Assembly (NCBI GenBank): GCA_965238075.1
Contig: OZ250173.1
Coordinates: 1,856,001-1,920,000 of the forward strand
Origin: Candidatus Entotheonellaceae bacterium
GTDB lineage: Bacteria; Tectomicrobia; Entotheonellia; Entotheonellales; Entotheonellaceae
Reading direction: 5' to 3'
Length of the DNA stretch: 64,000 nucleotides
A program made the position numbers and the translations under genes. This document shows positions 10,424-19,520 of the stretch, piece by piece. How positions within the stretch are numbered: position 1 is the stretch's first letter; the number at the start of each line of letters is the position of its first letter. Under the pieces are notes generated by a model that saw nothing but the letters and a program-made list of their open reading frames with translations, ran no database searches and was not told the DNA's origin.

Positions 10424-10909
10424 ATGCGCGAAATGTTTGCCGGTGAATACGCATGCAAACTGGATGACAAGGGTCGCTTTTCCGTCCCGACGTCCCTCCG
10501 GGAGCCGTTCAGTCTTTCGGAAAGTAGCGATGCGAAGCGGGCAATGCTGGTCAAATCGCAACAGGAACGATGCCTTTGGCTTCTTCCCGTACCGCACTGG
10601 CGCGCGCTGCTTGAGTTCCAGCAGGAGCGGCTGAGCGAGCGTGAAAGCCGGCTCTTCATGCACCACGTGGTGTATGACGTGGTCGAGGTTGAAATGGACC
10701 GCGCCAATCGTCTTCTGGTACCCCGCAGGCTGCGAGAGCACATTGGCGCCAATGACAACGTCGTGCTCGTCGGTATGTACGATCACCTGGAGGTGTGGGG
10801 TAGTCAGGCTTGGTCTTCTCACCTCGCCGCCTTGGAAGAGGAACATGAAACGACCCTGAGCGACGTGCTCCGCATGCCCAGTTTCAAGCCAGCCCTTTCA
10901 GGCGCGTAA
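10424..10909 (+). CDS. mraZ: MraZ-family transcriptional regulator (SpoVT/AbrB-like)
   Basis: MFAGEY..KLDDKGRFSVP and second repeat EMDRANRLLVP..LR...VVLVG..DHLEVW. Confidence 0.85.
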   Translation: MREMFAGEYACKLDDKGRFSVPTSLREPFSLSESSDAKRAMLVKSQQERCLWLLPVPHWRALLEFQQERLSERESRLFMHHVVYDVVEVEMDRANRLLVPRRLREHIGANDNVVLVGMYDHLEVWGSQAWSSHLAALEEEHETTLSDVLRMPSFKPALSGA

Positions 10910-10971
10910 CCTGGCGGAGCGCGGCGATTTGCTCCAACGATTCCAGACCCCGGGACAAAAGAAAGGCTCGC

Positions 10972-12147
10972 ATGCTTGACTTGATGGAGGTGAATCAGCA
11001 AATCACCAAGATGGCTACTGAGAGGCATCTCGTTGCCGATGACATGGCCAAACGGCTCGCCTTGGCCGTGGAACGCCTGCATCTGGAATCCGCCCGCTGG
11101 CAGGAATTCGTTGACAAACTTGCGATGAGCAAGACCTCCTGGTTGGTTGCCACCATTCACGAGCCTCTCAACCGCACCTACGACCTGCCGCCGCGCCCCG
11201 AGACGGTCACCGTCGTGGCCGCTGACGGTTCGCAAATCATGCCGAGCCATCACGAGGTGATACCGGCTTTTCTGCTCAATATCGCCACGGTCGTCCTACA
11301 CTACGGCAACGGTGGAGGAGCAGCGTTTACCAGCACGCCAAGCCTGTTTTATCGTGACGAGGACCTGTACCTGGATTACGGCGGCGAGCGCGTGCAGGTA
11401 ACCGGTGACCTGCTGGGCATGCGCCGGACGCTGATGGAATTCGGCAGCCTTATCGAACAGGCGGTCGCCGCCCGCAAGGGTGGCGATGTTGTTTGTGCGC
11501 TTAGTGACGGCAGTCTGATTCTCTGGCAGCTCGAGGGGCGACCGCCGGATTACCAGGAATCCATGCTGACGGATTATCTGGCATGTCTTGATCAGGGCAA
11601 CCATCAAGACGTTCCGATCATTGGCTACATCAGTCGGCCACGCAGCCGCGACGTTGTGAACGCCTTGCGGGTTGGGCTTTGCCCCGAAGACGCCCCGAAC
11701 TACGATCGCTGCCCGTACGAACAGGATGAGCGACCGCCGTGTGCGCAGATCGAGGGGCTGACGGATCGCCGCCTTTTCGCCAATCTCCTGAAGGCGGGTG
11801 AGCGCTCCCAGGTCTTTGGCAGCACGTCCCGAATCCTCAGCAAGTACGGGGTGCACCGCATCGGCTTTTTCTATCTTCACGTGGGGTCGGAGATTGTGCG
11901 TATCGAGTTGCCGCAATGGGTCGGCGCAAACGCCGCGCTGCTTGATCTGGTCCATGCCGTCGCCTATGATCAGGCCCAGAAAGGCATGGGCTATCCGGTT
12001 GCCTTGGCTGAGGCCCATCAGCAAGCCGTGGTGCGGGGCGCCGAACGCGATCTATTTTACGACATGGTAACCGCCGTGTTCCGGCAACGTGGCGCACCCA
12101 TGGCCGTGTCACCCAAAAACCTTCGCAAACGCAGAATGACGGTGTAG
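10972..12147 (+). CDS. nurA: NurA-family 5'-3' nuclease
   Basis: VVAADGSQ, LSDGSL, GYISRP and C-terminal GYPVALAEAHQQAVV. It lies upstream of the HAS barrel gene and herA. Confidence 0.88.
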   Translation: MLDLMEVNQQITKMATERHLVADDMAKRLALAVERLHLESARWQEFVDKLAMSKTSWLVATIHEPLNRTYDLPPRPETVTVVAADGSQIMPSHHEVIPAFLLNIATVVLHYGNGGGAAFTSTPSLFYRDEDLYLDYGGERVQVTGDLLGMRRTLMEFGSLIEQAVAARKGGDVVCALSDGSLILWQLEGRPPDYQESMLTDYLACLDQGNHQDVPIIGYISRPRSRDVVNALRVGLCPEDAPNYDRCPYEQDERPPCAQIEGLTDRRLFANLLKAGERSQVFGSTSRILSKYGVHRIGFFYLHVGSEIVRIELPQWVGANAALLDLVHAVAYDQAQKGMGYPVALAEAHQQAVVRGAERDLFYDMVTAVFRQRGAPMAVSPKNLRKRRMTV

Positions 12148-12149
12148 CC

Positions 12150-12725
12150 ATGCAAGACGGCGAAATTGGTGAGGTGATCGGCAGCAGCAATACCGAATTC
12201 ATTGCCGAAAGCGTTTTGCTGCATAATTCCCCGCCCTTTGGCACCTTCATCAAGGTGCAGTCGCGCGAGACGATCTACGCTGCCGTGTTCAACTCCTATA
12301 CCCACAGCCTGGAGCCCAACCGCCTGGCCATTGCCTACCACCGCTCGGAGCAGGAACTGCGCGACGAGCAGCCGCAGATTTTCGAGCTCCTGAAGACAAA
12401 ATTCGAGGCGGTCATCATCGGGTACGAGTCCGAAGGCACTGTCCGCTACCATCTACCGCCGCAACCGCCCCGCATCCACAGTTTCGTCTATCCGTGTCGC
12501 CCCTTGGAAGTTCGCCGCCTGACCTCGCAATTCCACTTCCTGCGTTCGCTGATGAGCGTCGAGAAAACCCCGCGCGACGAGCTGATCGCCGCCGCTATCC
12601 GCAGCGCCTACGCGGAACACAAGGGCGAGCGGTCGTTCCTGGTCAAGGTCGGCAAGGAATTGATCAAAATCATCGGCGACGATTACGAGTTGCTTTCCTC
12701 TATCTTACGCAGAATCCAGGATTGA
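12150..12725 (+). CDS. HAS-barrel domain protein (HerA/NurA partner)
   Basis: IGEVIGSSNTEFIAE..PPFGTFIKV..YHLPPQPPRIH. It sits between nurA and herA. Confidence 0.75.
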   Translation: MQDGEIGEVIGSSNTEFIAESVLLHNSPPFGTFIKVQSRETIYAAVFNSYTHSLEPNRLAIAYHRSEQELRDEQPQIFELLKTKFEAVIIGYESEGTVRYHLPPQPPRIHSFVYPCRPLEVRRLTSQFHFLRSLMSVEKTPRDELIAAAIRSAYAEHKGERSFLVKVGKELIKIIGDDYELLSSILRRIQD

Positions 12726-12747
12726 CCACTGGGTTAAAGGCCAACAA

Positions 12748-14406
12748 ATGGATAACGTGCAGAAGGGCAGACGGCGCGTCGGCGTGATCGTCAACGGCTC
12801 CCTGATTAACGGTTTGGAGATGAAGCTGGACGAATGGTACTCCGTGGAGGACATTCGCGCCGGCCGGTTCGTGGTCATCGAAGGCGAGAAGAGCTGCTTC
12901 TTTTGCATGGTCACCGACGTGCGTCTCGACACCACCAACCCCCAGGTGCTGGCCGACCCGCCCGACGAGGCGGAAGAGCTCATGCGCCAGGTGCTGCACG
13001 GCACGACGACCTACGGCACCGTCTGCCTGCGCCCCCTCCTGATGACGGAGAAGGACGACGTTGTCGGCGACAGACCGGGGGAACCCCACCTCGTCAAAAC
13101 CATCCCCATTCACTTTTCCGTAGTCGGCGAGGCCGAAGAGGAAGACGTCAACCACATCTTTGGCCACGAGGGCAACCCCCGCTATTTTCACATCGGCCAA
13201 CCTCTGGACATGGATACGCCGGTCTGCATCGACTTGGAAAGCTTTATCGAGCGCAGCAACGGGATTTTCGGCAAGACGGGCACCGGCAAGACCTTCCTGA
13301 CCCGCCTGATGCTGGCGGGCCTGATTCATAAAGACCGTGCAGTCAACCTCATCTTCGACATGCACAGCGAATACGGCTGGCAGGCGACGCAGGAATCCGG
13401 CAGCGGCGGGCGGCAGGGATTCGTCAAGGGCCTGAAGCAACTCTTCGGCAGCAAGGTAGCCATCTTTACCATCGATCCCGAGTCGGCCCGGCGGCGCGGC
13501 GTGCAGAGCGATTTTGTGGTCAACATCCCTTACAGCCAGATCACCGTGGAAGACATCGCCTCTCTGTCAGACGAGCTCAACCTGCACCCAACCGCGGTGG
13601 AATCGGCGTACTTGATATGGAACAAGCACGGGCGCGAGTGGCTATCCACCCTGCTAAGCCAGGAGCCTGAGCAGATCAAGGACTTTGCCGACAACGTTGG
13701 CGCACACCCGGAATCCATTTCGGCCCTCCACCGCAAGCTCAAACGCCTGGAAAAATTCGACTTTCTGCAAAAGCAGGTGCACGAGGACGCCGTCTACAAA
13801 ATCATGGAGTTCCTTGGCAAGGGCATGCACATCGTCCTGGAATTCGGCCAACAAAGCAGCTTCCTGTGCTACATGCTGGTCGCCAACATCCTGACCCGCC
13901 GCATCCACGACCTCTACGTCAGGAAAACCGAGCAATACCTCGCCACCCACCAGCCGCAGGACAAGCCGAAGCAGCTCATCATCACCATCGAAGAGGCGCA
14001 CAAGTTTCTCAACCCGGTTGCCGCCCGACAGACCATCTTCGGTACCATTGCGCGTGAAATGCGCAAGTATTTCGTCTCCCTGCTCATTGTCGATCAGCGG
14101 CCCTCCAGTATCGATGATGAAATCCTGTCGCAGGTGGGCACCCGCATCACCGCGCTGTTGAACGACGAGAAGGACATTGGCGCCGTGCTCACCGGCGTCA
14201 GCAACGCCAGTTGGCTACGCGGCGTCCTGGCAAGCCTGGATTCCAAGCAACAAGCCCTGCTCATGGGACACGCCGTGCCGATGCCGGTCGTCATCCGCAC
14301 GCGAGACTACAATCCCGCCTTTTACAGCGCGCTGGGGTACGTGGAGGGCGAGGACCTGACCCGCAAAGCCGAGTCCAACATCGCGGATCTGTTCGGCGAC
14401 CGGTAG
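12748..14406 (+). CDS. herA: HerA helicase/translocase (DUF87 ATPase)
   Basis: N-terminal HAS barrel, Walker A GKTGTGKT, FDMHSEY, Walker B IEEAH, AREMRK and DQRP. Confidence 0.9.
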   Translation: MDNVQKGRRRVGVIVNGSLINGLEMKLDEWYSVEDIRAGRFVVIEGEKSCFFCMVTDVRLDTTNPQVLADPPDEAEELMRQVLHGTTTYGTVCLRPLLMTEKDDVVGDRPGEPHLVKTIPIHFSVVGEAEEEDVNHIFGHEGNPRYFHIGQPLDMDTPVCIDLESFIERSNGIFGKTGTGKTFLTRLMLAGLIHKDRAVNLIFDMHSEYGWQATQESGSGGRQGFVKGLKQLFGSKVAIFTIDPESARRRGVQSDFVVNIPYSQITVEDIASLSDELNLHPTAVESAYLIWNKHGREWLSTLLSQEPEQIKDFADNVGAHPESISALHRKLKRLEKFDFLQKQVHEDAVYKIMEFLGKGMHIVLEFGQQSSFLCYMLVANILTRRIHDLYVRKTEQYLATHQPQDKPKQLIITIEEAHKFLNPVAARQTIFGTIAREMRKYFVSLLIVDQRPSSIDDEILSQVGTRITALLNDEKDIGAVLTGVSNASWLRGVLASLDSKQQALLMGHAVPMPVVIRTRDYNPAFYSALGYVEGEDLTRKAESNIADLFGDR

Positions 14407-14435
14407 CGCCGTACCGGAGAGGATGGCATTTCGAT

Positions 14436-15668
14436 ATGCTCCACCTGCTGCACCTCGCCGACATCCATTTTGGCATGGAAAACCACGGCCGCCTCGACCC
14501 CGCCAGCGGGCTGAACCGCCGCCTGCTCGACTTCACCCGCTCGGTGCACACGGCGATTGATTACGCCCTCGACCACGACGTCCATCTCGCCATTTTCGCC
14601 GGCGATATCTACAAACACCGCGACCCCGACCCCTCCTGGCAACGCGCTTTCGCCGGATGCGTGCGACGCCTGGCCGAGGCCGAGATTCCCGTGGTCATCC
14701 TGGTCGGCAATCACGACCAGCCGAACACCTTCGGCAAAGCCCACGCCGTGGAAATCTTCGATACCCTTGGACTTCCCCGCGTGACGGTCATTAACAAGCC
14801 GAAACTGCACACGATCGCGACAGCCGCCGGCCCCGTGCAGGTCGCGGGCTTTCCCTATATGACGCGCAGTTTCATGCTGTCGCGCGAACAGTACAAAGCG
14901 CTCTCGATCGCCGACGCTCACCGGTTGATGGTCAAGCAGGCCGAAGAAATCCTGCGTTCCCTGGCGGCGCAACTCGACCCCTCGCTGCCGGCTGTGCTCA
15001 CCCTCCACGGCAGCGTGTCCAACGCCATCCTCAGCTCCGAACAAAGCATCATGATGATAGGGCACGATCCGATCATACCGCTCAGTATCCTGACCAATCC
15101 CGCCTGGGATTACGTCGCCCTGGGGCATATCCATCGCCATCAGGACTTACACCACGGGGCGCAGCCGCCGGTGGTGTATGCGGGCAGCATCGAGCGCATC
15201 GATTTCGGCGAGGAAAAGGAAGACAAAGGGTTCGTGTGGGCGCAGGTCGAAAAGGGGCATACCACGTTCACCTTCATTCCCGTGCCGGCGCGGCGCTTCG
15301 TCACCCTGCGCCTGGATGCTCGAAACGGCGACCCGGTTCAGTTACTGGAGGAAGGGCTGGCCACACACGATATCGACGACGCCATCGTGCGGGTTATCGT
15401 CACCATACCTGCCGAACACACCGCTCCCTTCGACGAGCGCCGGATGCGCGAGCGCCTTCGGTCCGCCTATCTCGTCGCCGGCATTGTCAGGGATGAGGTG
15501 CGCGGCCCGGCGCGCACGCGCGATTCCGGTCTGACCGAAACGCTGACACCGCTGCAGGCCATGGAGCGCTACCTGCAAAGCCGCCCGGAATACGCCGACC
15601 GCCAGCAGGCTCTGCTGGAACGCACGCAACGGTTGCTCCAGGAAATGCAGGAGGAACTCCTGGCATGA
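14436..15668 (+). CDS. sbcD: SbcD/Mre11 nuclease
   Basis: LHLADIHFG, FAGDIY, VGNHD, LTLHG, ALGHIH and YAGS phosphoesterase motifs. RBS GGAGAGG. Confidence 0.92.
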   Translation: MLHLLHLADIHFGMENHGRLDPASGLNRRLLDFTRSVHTAIDYALDHDVHLAIFAGDIYKHRDPDPSWQRAFAGCVRRLAEAEIPVVILVGNHDQPNTFGKAHAVEIFDTLGLPRVTVINKPKLHTIATAAGPVQVAGFPYMTRSFMLSREQYKALSIADAHRLMVKQAEEILRSLAAQLDPSLPAVLTLHGSVSNAILSSEQSIMMIGHDPIIPLSILTNPAWDYVALGHIHRHQDLHHGAQPPVVYAGSIERIDFGEEKEDKGFVWAQVEKGHTTFTFIPVPARRFVTLRLDARNGDPVQLLEEGLATHDIDDAIVRVIVTIPAEHTAPFDERRMRERLRSAYLVAGIVRDEVRGPARTRDSGLTETLTPLQAMERYLQSRPEYADRQQALLERTQRLLQEMQEELLA

Positions 15669-18600
15669 TTCCGCTCAGCCTGCGACTGCGGAATTTCATG
15701 AGCTATGGCGAGCATGTGCCACCCCTCAATTTCACCCCCATCACTACTGCTTGCCTCACGGGTGACAACGGACACGGCAAATCGGCCCTGCTGGACGCCA
15801 TCACCTGGGCGCTCTGGGGCCAGACGCGCGCCAAAAACCTCGACGACATCGTGCGCCTCGGCCAGGAGGAATGCGAGGTCGAGTTCGTCTTCGACCTCGA
15901 GGGCGACCGCTACCGCGTGCTGCGCAAGCGCAGTCTGCGGACCCGCAGCGGCCTCTCAGCTCTCGAACTGCACGGCTTCGACCCGGCGGCACAAAGCTAC
16001 CGCGCCCTGAGCGGCAACTCCATCCGCGAGACCGAAGCCAAAATCGCGCAAATCCTGCACATGAACTACGACACGTTCGTCAACTCGGTGTTCATCCTGC
16101 AAGGCCGGGCCGATGAATTCACCACCCGCCGTCCCGGCGAGCGCAAACGTATCCTGTCGGAAATACTGGGCTTGTCCGTTTTCGATGAGCTCCAAACACG
16201 CGCCCGAATTCATCACGGCAGCCTGGACCAGGAAGCCAAGACGATCGCCGAACATCTGCACGAGTTGCAACAACAGGTCGCGCGCAAAGCCGACCTTGCC
16301 GCCGCGGTGGATACCCACCGGAAAACACTAACCAGCTTGCAGGCCGAACTACACGAAGCCCAGAAAAACCTGACGCACCTGCAGCAACGGCAAAACGCTC
16401 TGGAATTGCAACAGCAGCGGCTCCAGGACGTGTCCCGACGCTTGCAGCAACTCCGTCAGGAACAGGGCGATCTGGCTCCGCAATTGGCCCTTCACCGTCA
16501 GCATCTCGCCGATTATGAAACCCTGCTGAAACAGGAACAAGCCATCACCACCGCCTATCAAGCATTGCAACAACTCCGCGACCAGGAACGTGTCTACAGC
16601 CAACAGGCGGACGAATACGCGGCGCTAAACCAGAAGCGCACAACCCTGCAACATGCCGTCGCATCGGCCCGCCAGCGCCTCGACATCCAACTGCAGAACG
16701 CCGAGCAGCGGGGCACGGAGATCGACGCGAAACGCCGGGATTGCGAGGTCATCGTGCTAGAGGAGCCGTGCATCGTGCAGGCATACGAGGCATTGCAAGC
16801 GGCCCGCCGACGCGATGGTGAAATGGCCCAGACACTGCAACAACGATACGTCCGGGAGCAGGAGAAGGGCCAGATTGAATTGAGCATCCAGCAGAAACGG
16901 CACGCACTGGAGCTGGAACAACGCTCCCTCCTGGACAGGCAGAAGGAATACCAGCGGAAGGAAGCCACGCTGCCGACCTGGCAGGAACAGACGGAGCAAT
17001 TGCGCCAGCAACTGGGCAACGTCGAACAGCAGGCACTGCAACTTGAGGGAGTGCGTGCAGCCGGCGCGACGCTGACATTTCAACTCGACCACGCCCTGCC
17101 GCAGAAGCACGATGCGTTGCGTACGGAAATCAGGGACTACGAGGGCAAACGTCTGCTGATTGAGAGTGCCGAGGCGCACTGCCCTTTGTGCGAAAACGCC
17201 CTGACCGATCAGGAACGGCACCGCGTGATGCGGAAGTTGAAGCTGGAAACCGAGCAGCGCGAGCAGCGCATCCGCGACATGCAGGACGAACGTAATCAGT
17301 TACAGGCGCGGCAGCAGGAACTGCATCTGACGTACAAGCAGTTAGAAGAGCAAATCAAGCAGGGCAGGACGCTCACACAACAGCTTGCCGCCGCGCAGGC
17401 AGGCCTCGAAGAGGCCACACGCGCCCGCGACCACTGCGCCGCGGTCTTGCAGGCGTTGCAAGAGATTGACGCTCAACTCGCGGCGGGCGCATACGCCCGC
17501 GAGGACTTGGCACATCTGGAACGGCTGAACATCGAGCTCGAACAACTGGCCTATGACCCCGAAGCATACGAGGCGTTGCGCGAAAAGCTGGCCCGACTCG
17601 CCGAAGCCGAGACCCGGCACCTGCAGTTGCAGCAGGCAAAGGCCGACCTGCTAACCTTAAACACCCAGCGCCAGGAGATAACCCAACAACAGGCCGTGCT
17701 GCGAGAGACCCTGACCTCAAACCGGTTCGCCCTCAGCGAGCAGCAGGAACTACAGGAAATAGCCGAGCGCCTCCAGCGCCTGGATTATCAGCCCGAACAG
17801 CACAACCTTCTGCGCCGCAAGCTGCAAGAACAGCAGGGTGTCGAACGCCCGTTCGCGCAGCTCGAAACCGCCCGCCAACACCTGAGCGAAACGCACGCCG
17901 CCCTCCAAGACCTCGAAGCTCGTCAGGCGCGTACCGATATAGAAATCGGGGCACGGGAAGAAGACCGCCAACGATTCGAGCACGAGGTGCAATCCCTCGA
18001 CGCGGTGCGCGCTGACGCCGACACCGTCGAGGACCTTGTGCGCGCGCTGCGGGAACGGGAAGGAGAGACCCGCCTCGCCTTGGGTCGTAGCCAGTCGCAA
18101 TATGAGGTGTGTTTACAGCAGGAGGCCGAGCTACAGGCACAACAACAGCAGCGGCAACGCGTGGTATCCGAACGGCAGCTCTACGACGACCTCACCCGCA
18201 TGTTCGGGAAGAACGGCATCCAAGCCATCATGATCGAGAACGCCATACCCGAGTTGGAAGAAGAGGCCAACCGCATCCTTTCCCGGGTCAGCGATAACGC
18301 CATGCACGTGACGCTCGAAACGCAGCGCGACACCCGCACTGGTGGCGTTGCCGAAACGCTCGACATCAAGATCAGCGACGACCTGGGCACCCGCAACTAC
18401 GAACTGTTCTCCGGCGGCGAGGCGTTTCGCATCAATTTCGCCCTGCGTATCGCACTGTCCCGCATGCTGGCCCGGCGCGCCGGCGCCCGCCTCCGCACCC
18501 TGGTGATCGACGAGGGCTTTGGCACCCAGGACACCCAGGGCCTCGAACGTTTGGTCGAGGTGATCAAGGCCATCCAGGACGACTTCGCCAAGATCATCAT

Positions 18601-18694
18601 CATTACCCATCTACGCGAATTGAAGAACGCCTTCGAGACCCATATCGAGGTCACCAAGCACCCCGTGCTCGGCTCTTCCTTCGAGGTGGTTTGA
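15665..18694 (+). CDS. sbcC: SbcC/Rad50 SMC-like ATPase
   Basis: LRNFMSY, Walker A GDNGHGKS, long coiled coil with zinc hook CPLC, signature FSGGE and Walker B VIDEGFG. ATGA overlap with sbcD. Confidence 0.93.
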   Translation: MIPLSLRLRNFMSYGEHVPPLNFTPITTACLTGDNGHGKSALLDAITWALWGQTRAKNLDDIVRLGQEECEVEFVFDLEGDRYRVLRKRSLRTRSGLSALELHGFDPAAQSYRALSGNSIRETEAKIAQILHMNYDTFVNSVFILQGRADEFTTRRPGERKRILSEILGLSVFDELQTRARIHHGSLDQEAKTIAEHLHELQQQVARKADLAAAVDTHRKTLTSLQAELHEAQKNLTHLQQRQNALELQQQRLQDVSRRLQQLRQEQGDLAPQLALHRQHLADYETLLKQEQAITTAYQALQQLRDQERVYSQQADEYAALNQKRTTLQHAVASARQRLDIQLQNAEQRGTEIDAKRRDCEVIVLEEPCIVQAYEALQAARRRDGEMAQTLQQRYVREQEKGQIELSIQQKRHALELEQRSLLDRQKEYQRKEATLPTWQEQTEQLRQQLGNVEQQALQLEGVRAAGATLTFQLDHALPQKHDALRTEIRDYEGKRLLIESAEAHCPLCENALTDQERHRVMRKLKLETEQREQRIRDMQDERNQLQARQQELHLTYKQLEEQIKQGRTLTQQLAAAQAGLEEATRARDHCAAVLQALQEIDAQLAAGAYAREDLAHLERLNIELEQLAYDPEAYEALREKLARLAEAETRHLQLQQAKADLLTLNTQRQEITQQQAVLRETLTSNRFALSEQQELQEIAERLQRLDYQPEQHNLLRRKLQEQQGVERPFAQLETARQHLSETHAALQDLEARQARTDIEIGAREEDRQRFEHEVQSLDAVRADADTVEDLVRALREREGETRLALGRSQSQYEVCLQQEAELQAQQQQRQRVVSERQLYDDLTRMFGKNGIQAIMIENAIPELEEEANRILSRVSDNAMHVTLETQRDTRTGGVAETLDIKISDDLGTRNYELFSGGEAFRINFALRIALSRMLARRAGARLRTLVIDEGFGTQDTQGLERLVEVIKAIQDDFAKIIIITHLRELKNAFETHIEVTKHPVLGSSFEVV

Positions 18695-18756
18695 GCAACT
18701 ACGCTGCGGGCTTTTTTCAACTCCGCTGAATCTCTTGAATGGGAACTCGATTCTCT

Positions 18757-19512
18757 ATGGTTAGCGGCAAAGTCTATCTCGTCGGCGCGGGACCGGGCGC
18801 CGCAGACCTGCTGACCGTGCGCGCCGTCAACGTGCTGGCGCGAGCCGAGATTGTCTTTCACGACGCACTGATCAACAAGGAAACGCTGTCGCATTGCGCC
18901 GCCGGGTGCGTCCTGGTTCCGGTCGGCACGCGTGGTGGTTTTCGTGTTCCCAACCGGCAAGAGCGCATCCACGAGCTTCTGGCCGAGGCAGCCGGGCGGT
19001 ACGGCACGATCGTCCGTCTCAAGGGCGGTGACCCGTGCGTTTTCGGCCGCGGCGGCGAAGAAATGGAGTTTCTCACCGCGTCCGGCATACCGTGGGAGGT
19101 CGTCCCTGGCATCAGCGCCGGCGTTGGTGGACTCTCGCTGCTCGGCTTTCCCGTTACGCATCGGGACGTGTCGTCATCGGTGACGCTGCTGACCGGCAGC
19201 CGCACGACCACCGGCATGTTTGACGAACTACCGCTGCCGGCACCTCTCACGCCCTCCCAAACCCTGGTGTTCTACATGTCGTTCCAGCATGTCGGCAACA
19301 TTGCGCACACGCTGATGACGCGCGGCATGCCGCCGGAGACGCCGGCTCTGTGCGTTTCCTGGCTGTCGTATCCGCATCAGGCGCTGCTCACAGCGCCGCT
19401 GTCGCAGATCGGCGATGCGGTAGCTGCCTCCGAGTTGACACCGCCGTCCCTGCTGGTCGTCGGCGACGTTGTGGCGTTCTGGCAACGCCTGCAAGCTGGC
19501 AGAGACGTGTGA
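18757..19512 (+). CDS. cobA: uroporphyrinogen-III C-methyltransferase
   Basis: KVYLVGAGPG..LLTVRA, VRLKGGDPCVFGRGGEE, VVPGISA and PVTHR. Confidence 0.92.
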   Translation: MVSGKVYLVGAGPGAADLLTVRAVNVLARAEIVFHDALINKETLSHCAAGCVLVPVGTRGGFRVPNRQERIHELLAEAAGRYGTIVRLKGGDPCVFGRGGEEMEFLTASGIPWEVVPGISAGVGGLSLLGFPVTHRDVSSSVTLLTGSRTTTGMFDELPLPAPLTPSQTLVFYMSFQHVGNIAHTLMTRGMPPETPALCVSWLSYPHQALLTAPLSQIGDAVAASELTPPSLLVVGDVVAFWQRLQAGRDV

Positions 19513-19520
19513 ACCATTTC

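Noticed and set aside
10972-18694. HerA/NurA/SMC genes as an anti-phage defence island
   Set aside because: There is no Sir2/DUF4297-type effector, the composition is host-like and the genes are linked to lexA-recA. Repair is the simpler reading.
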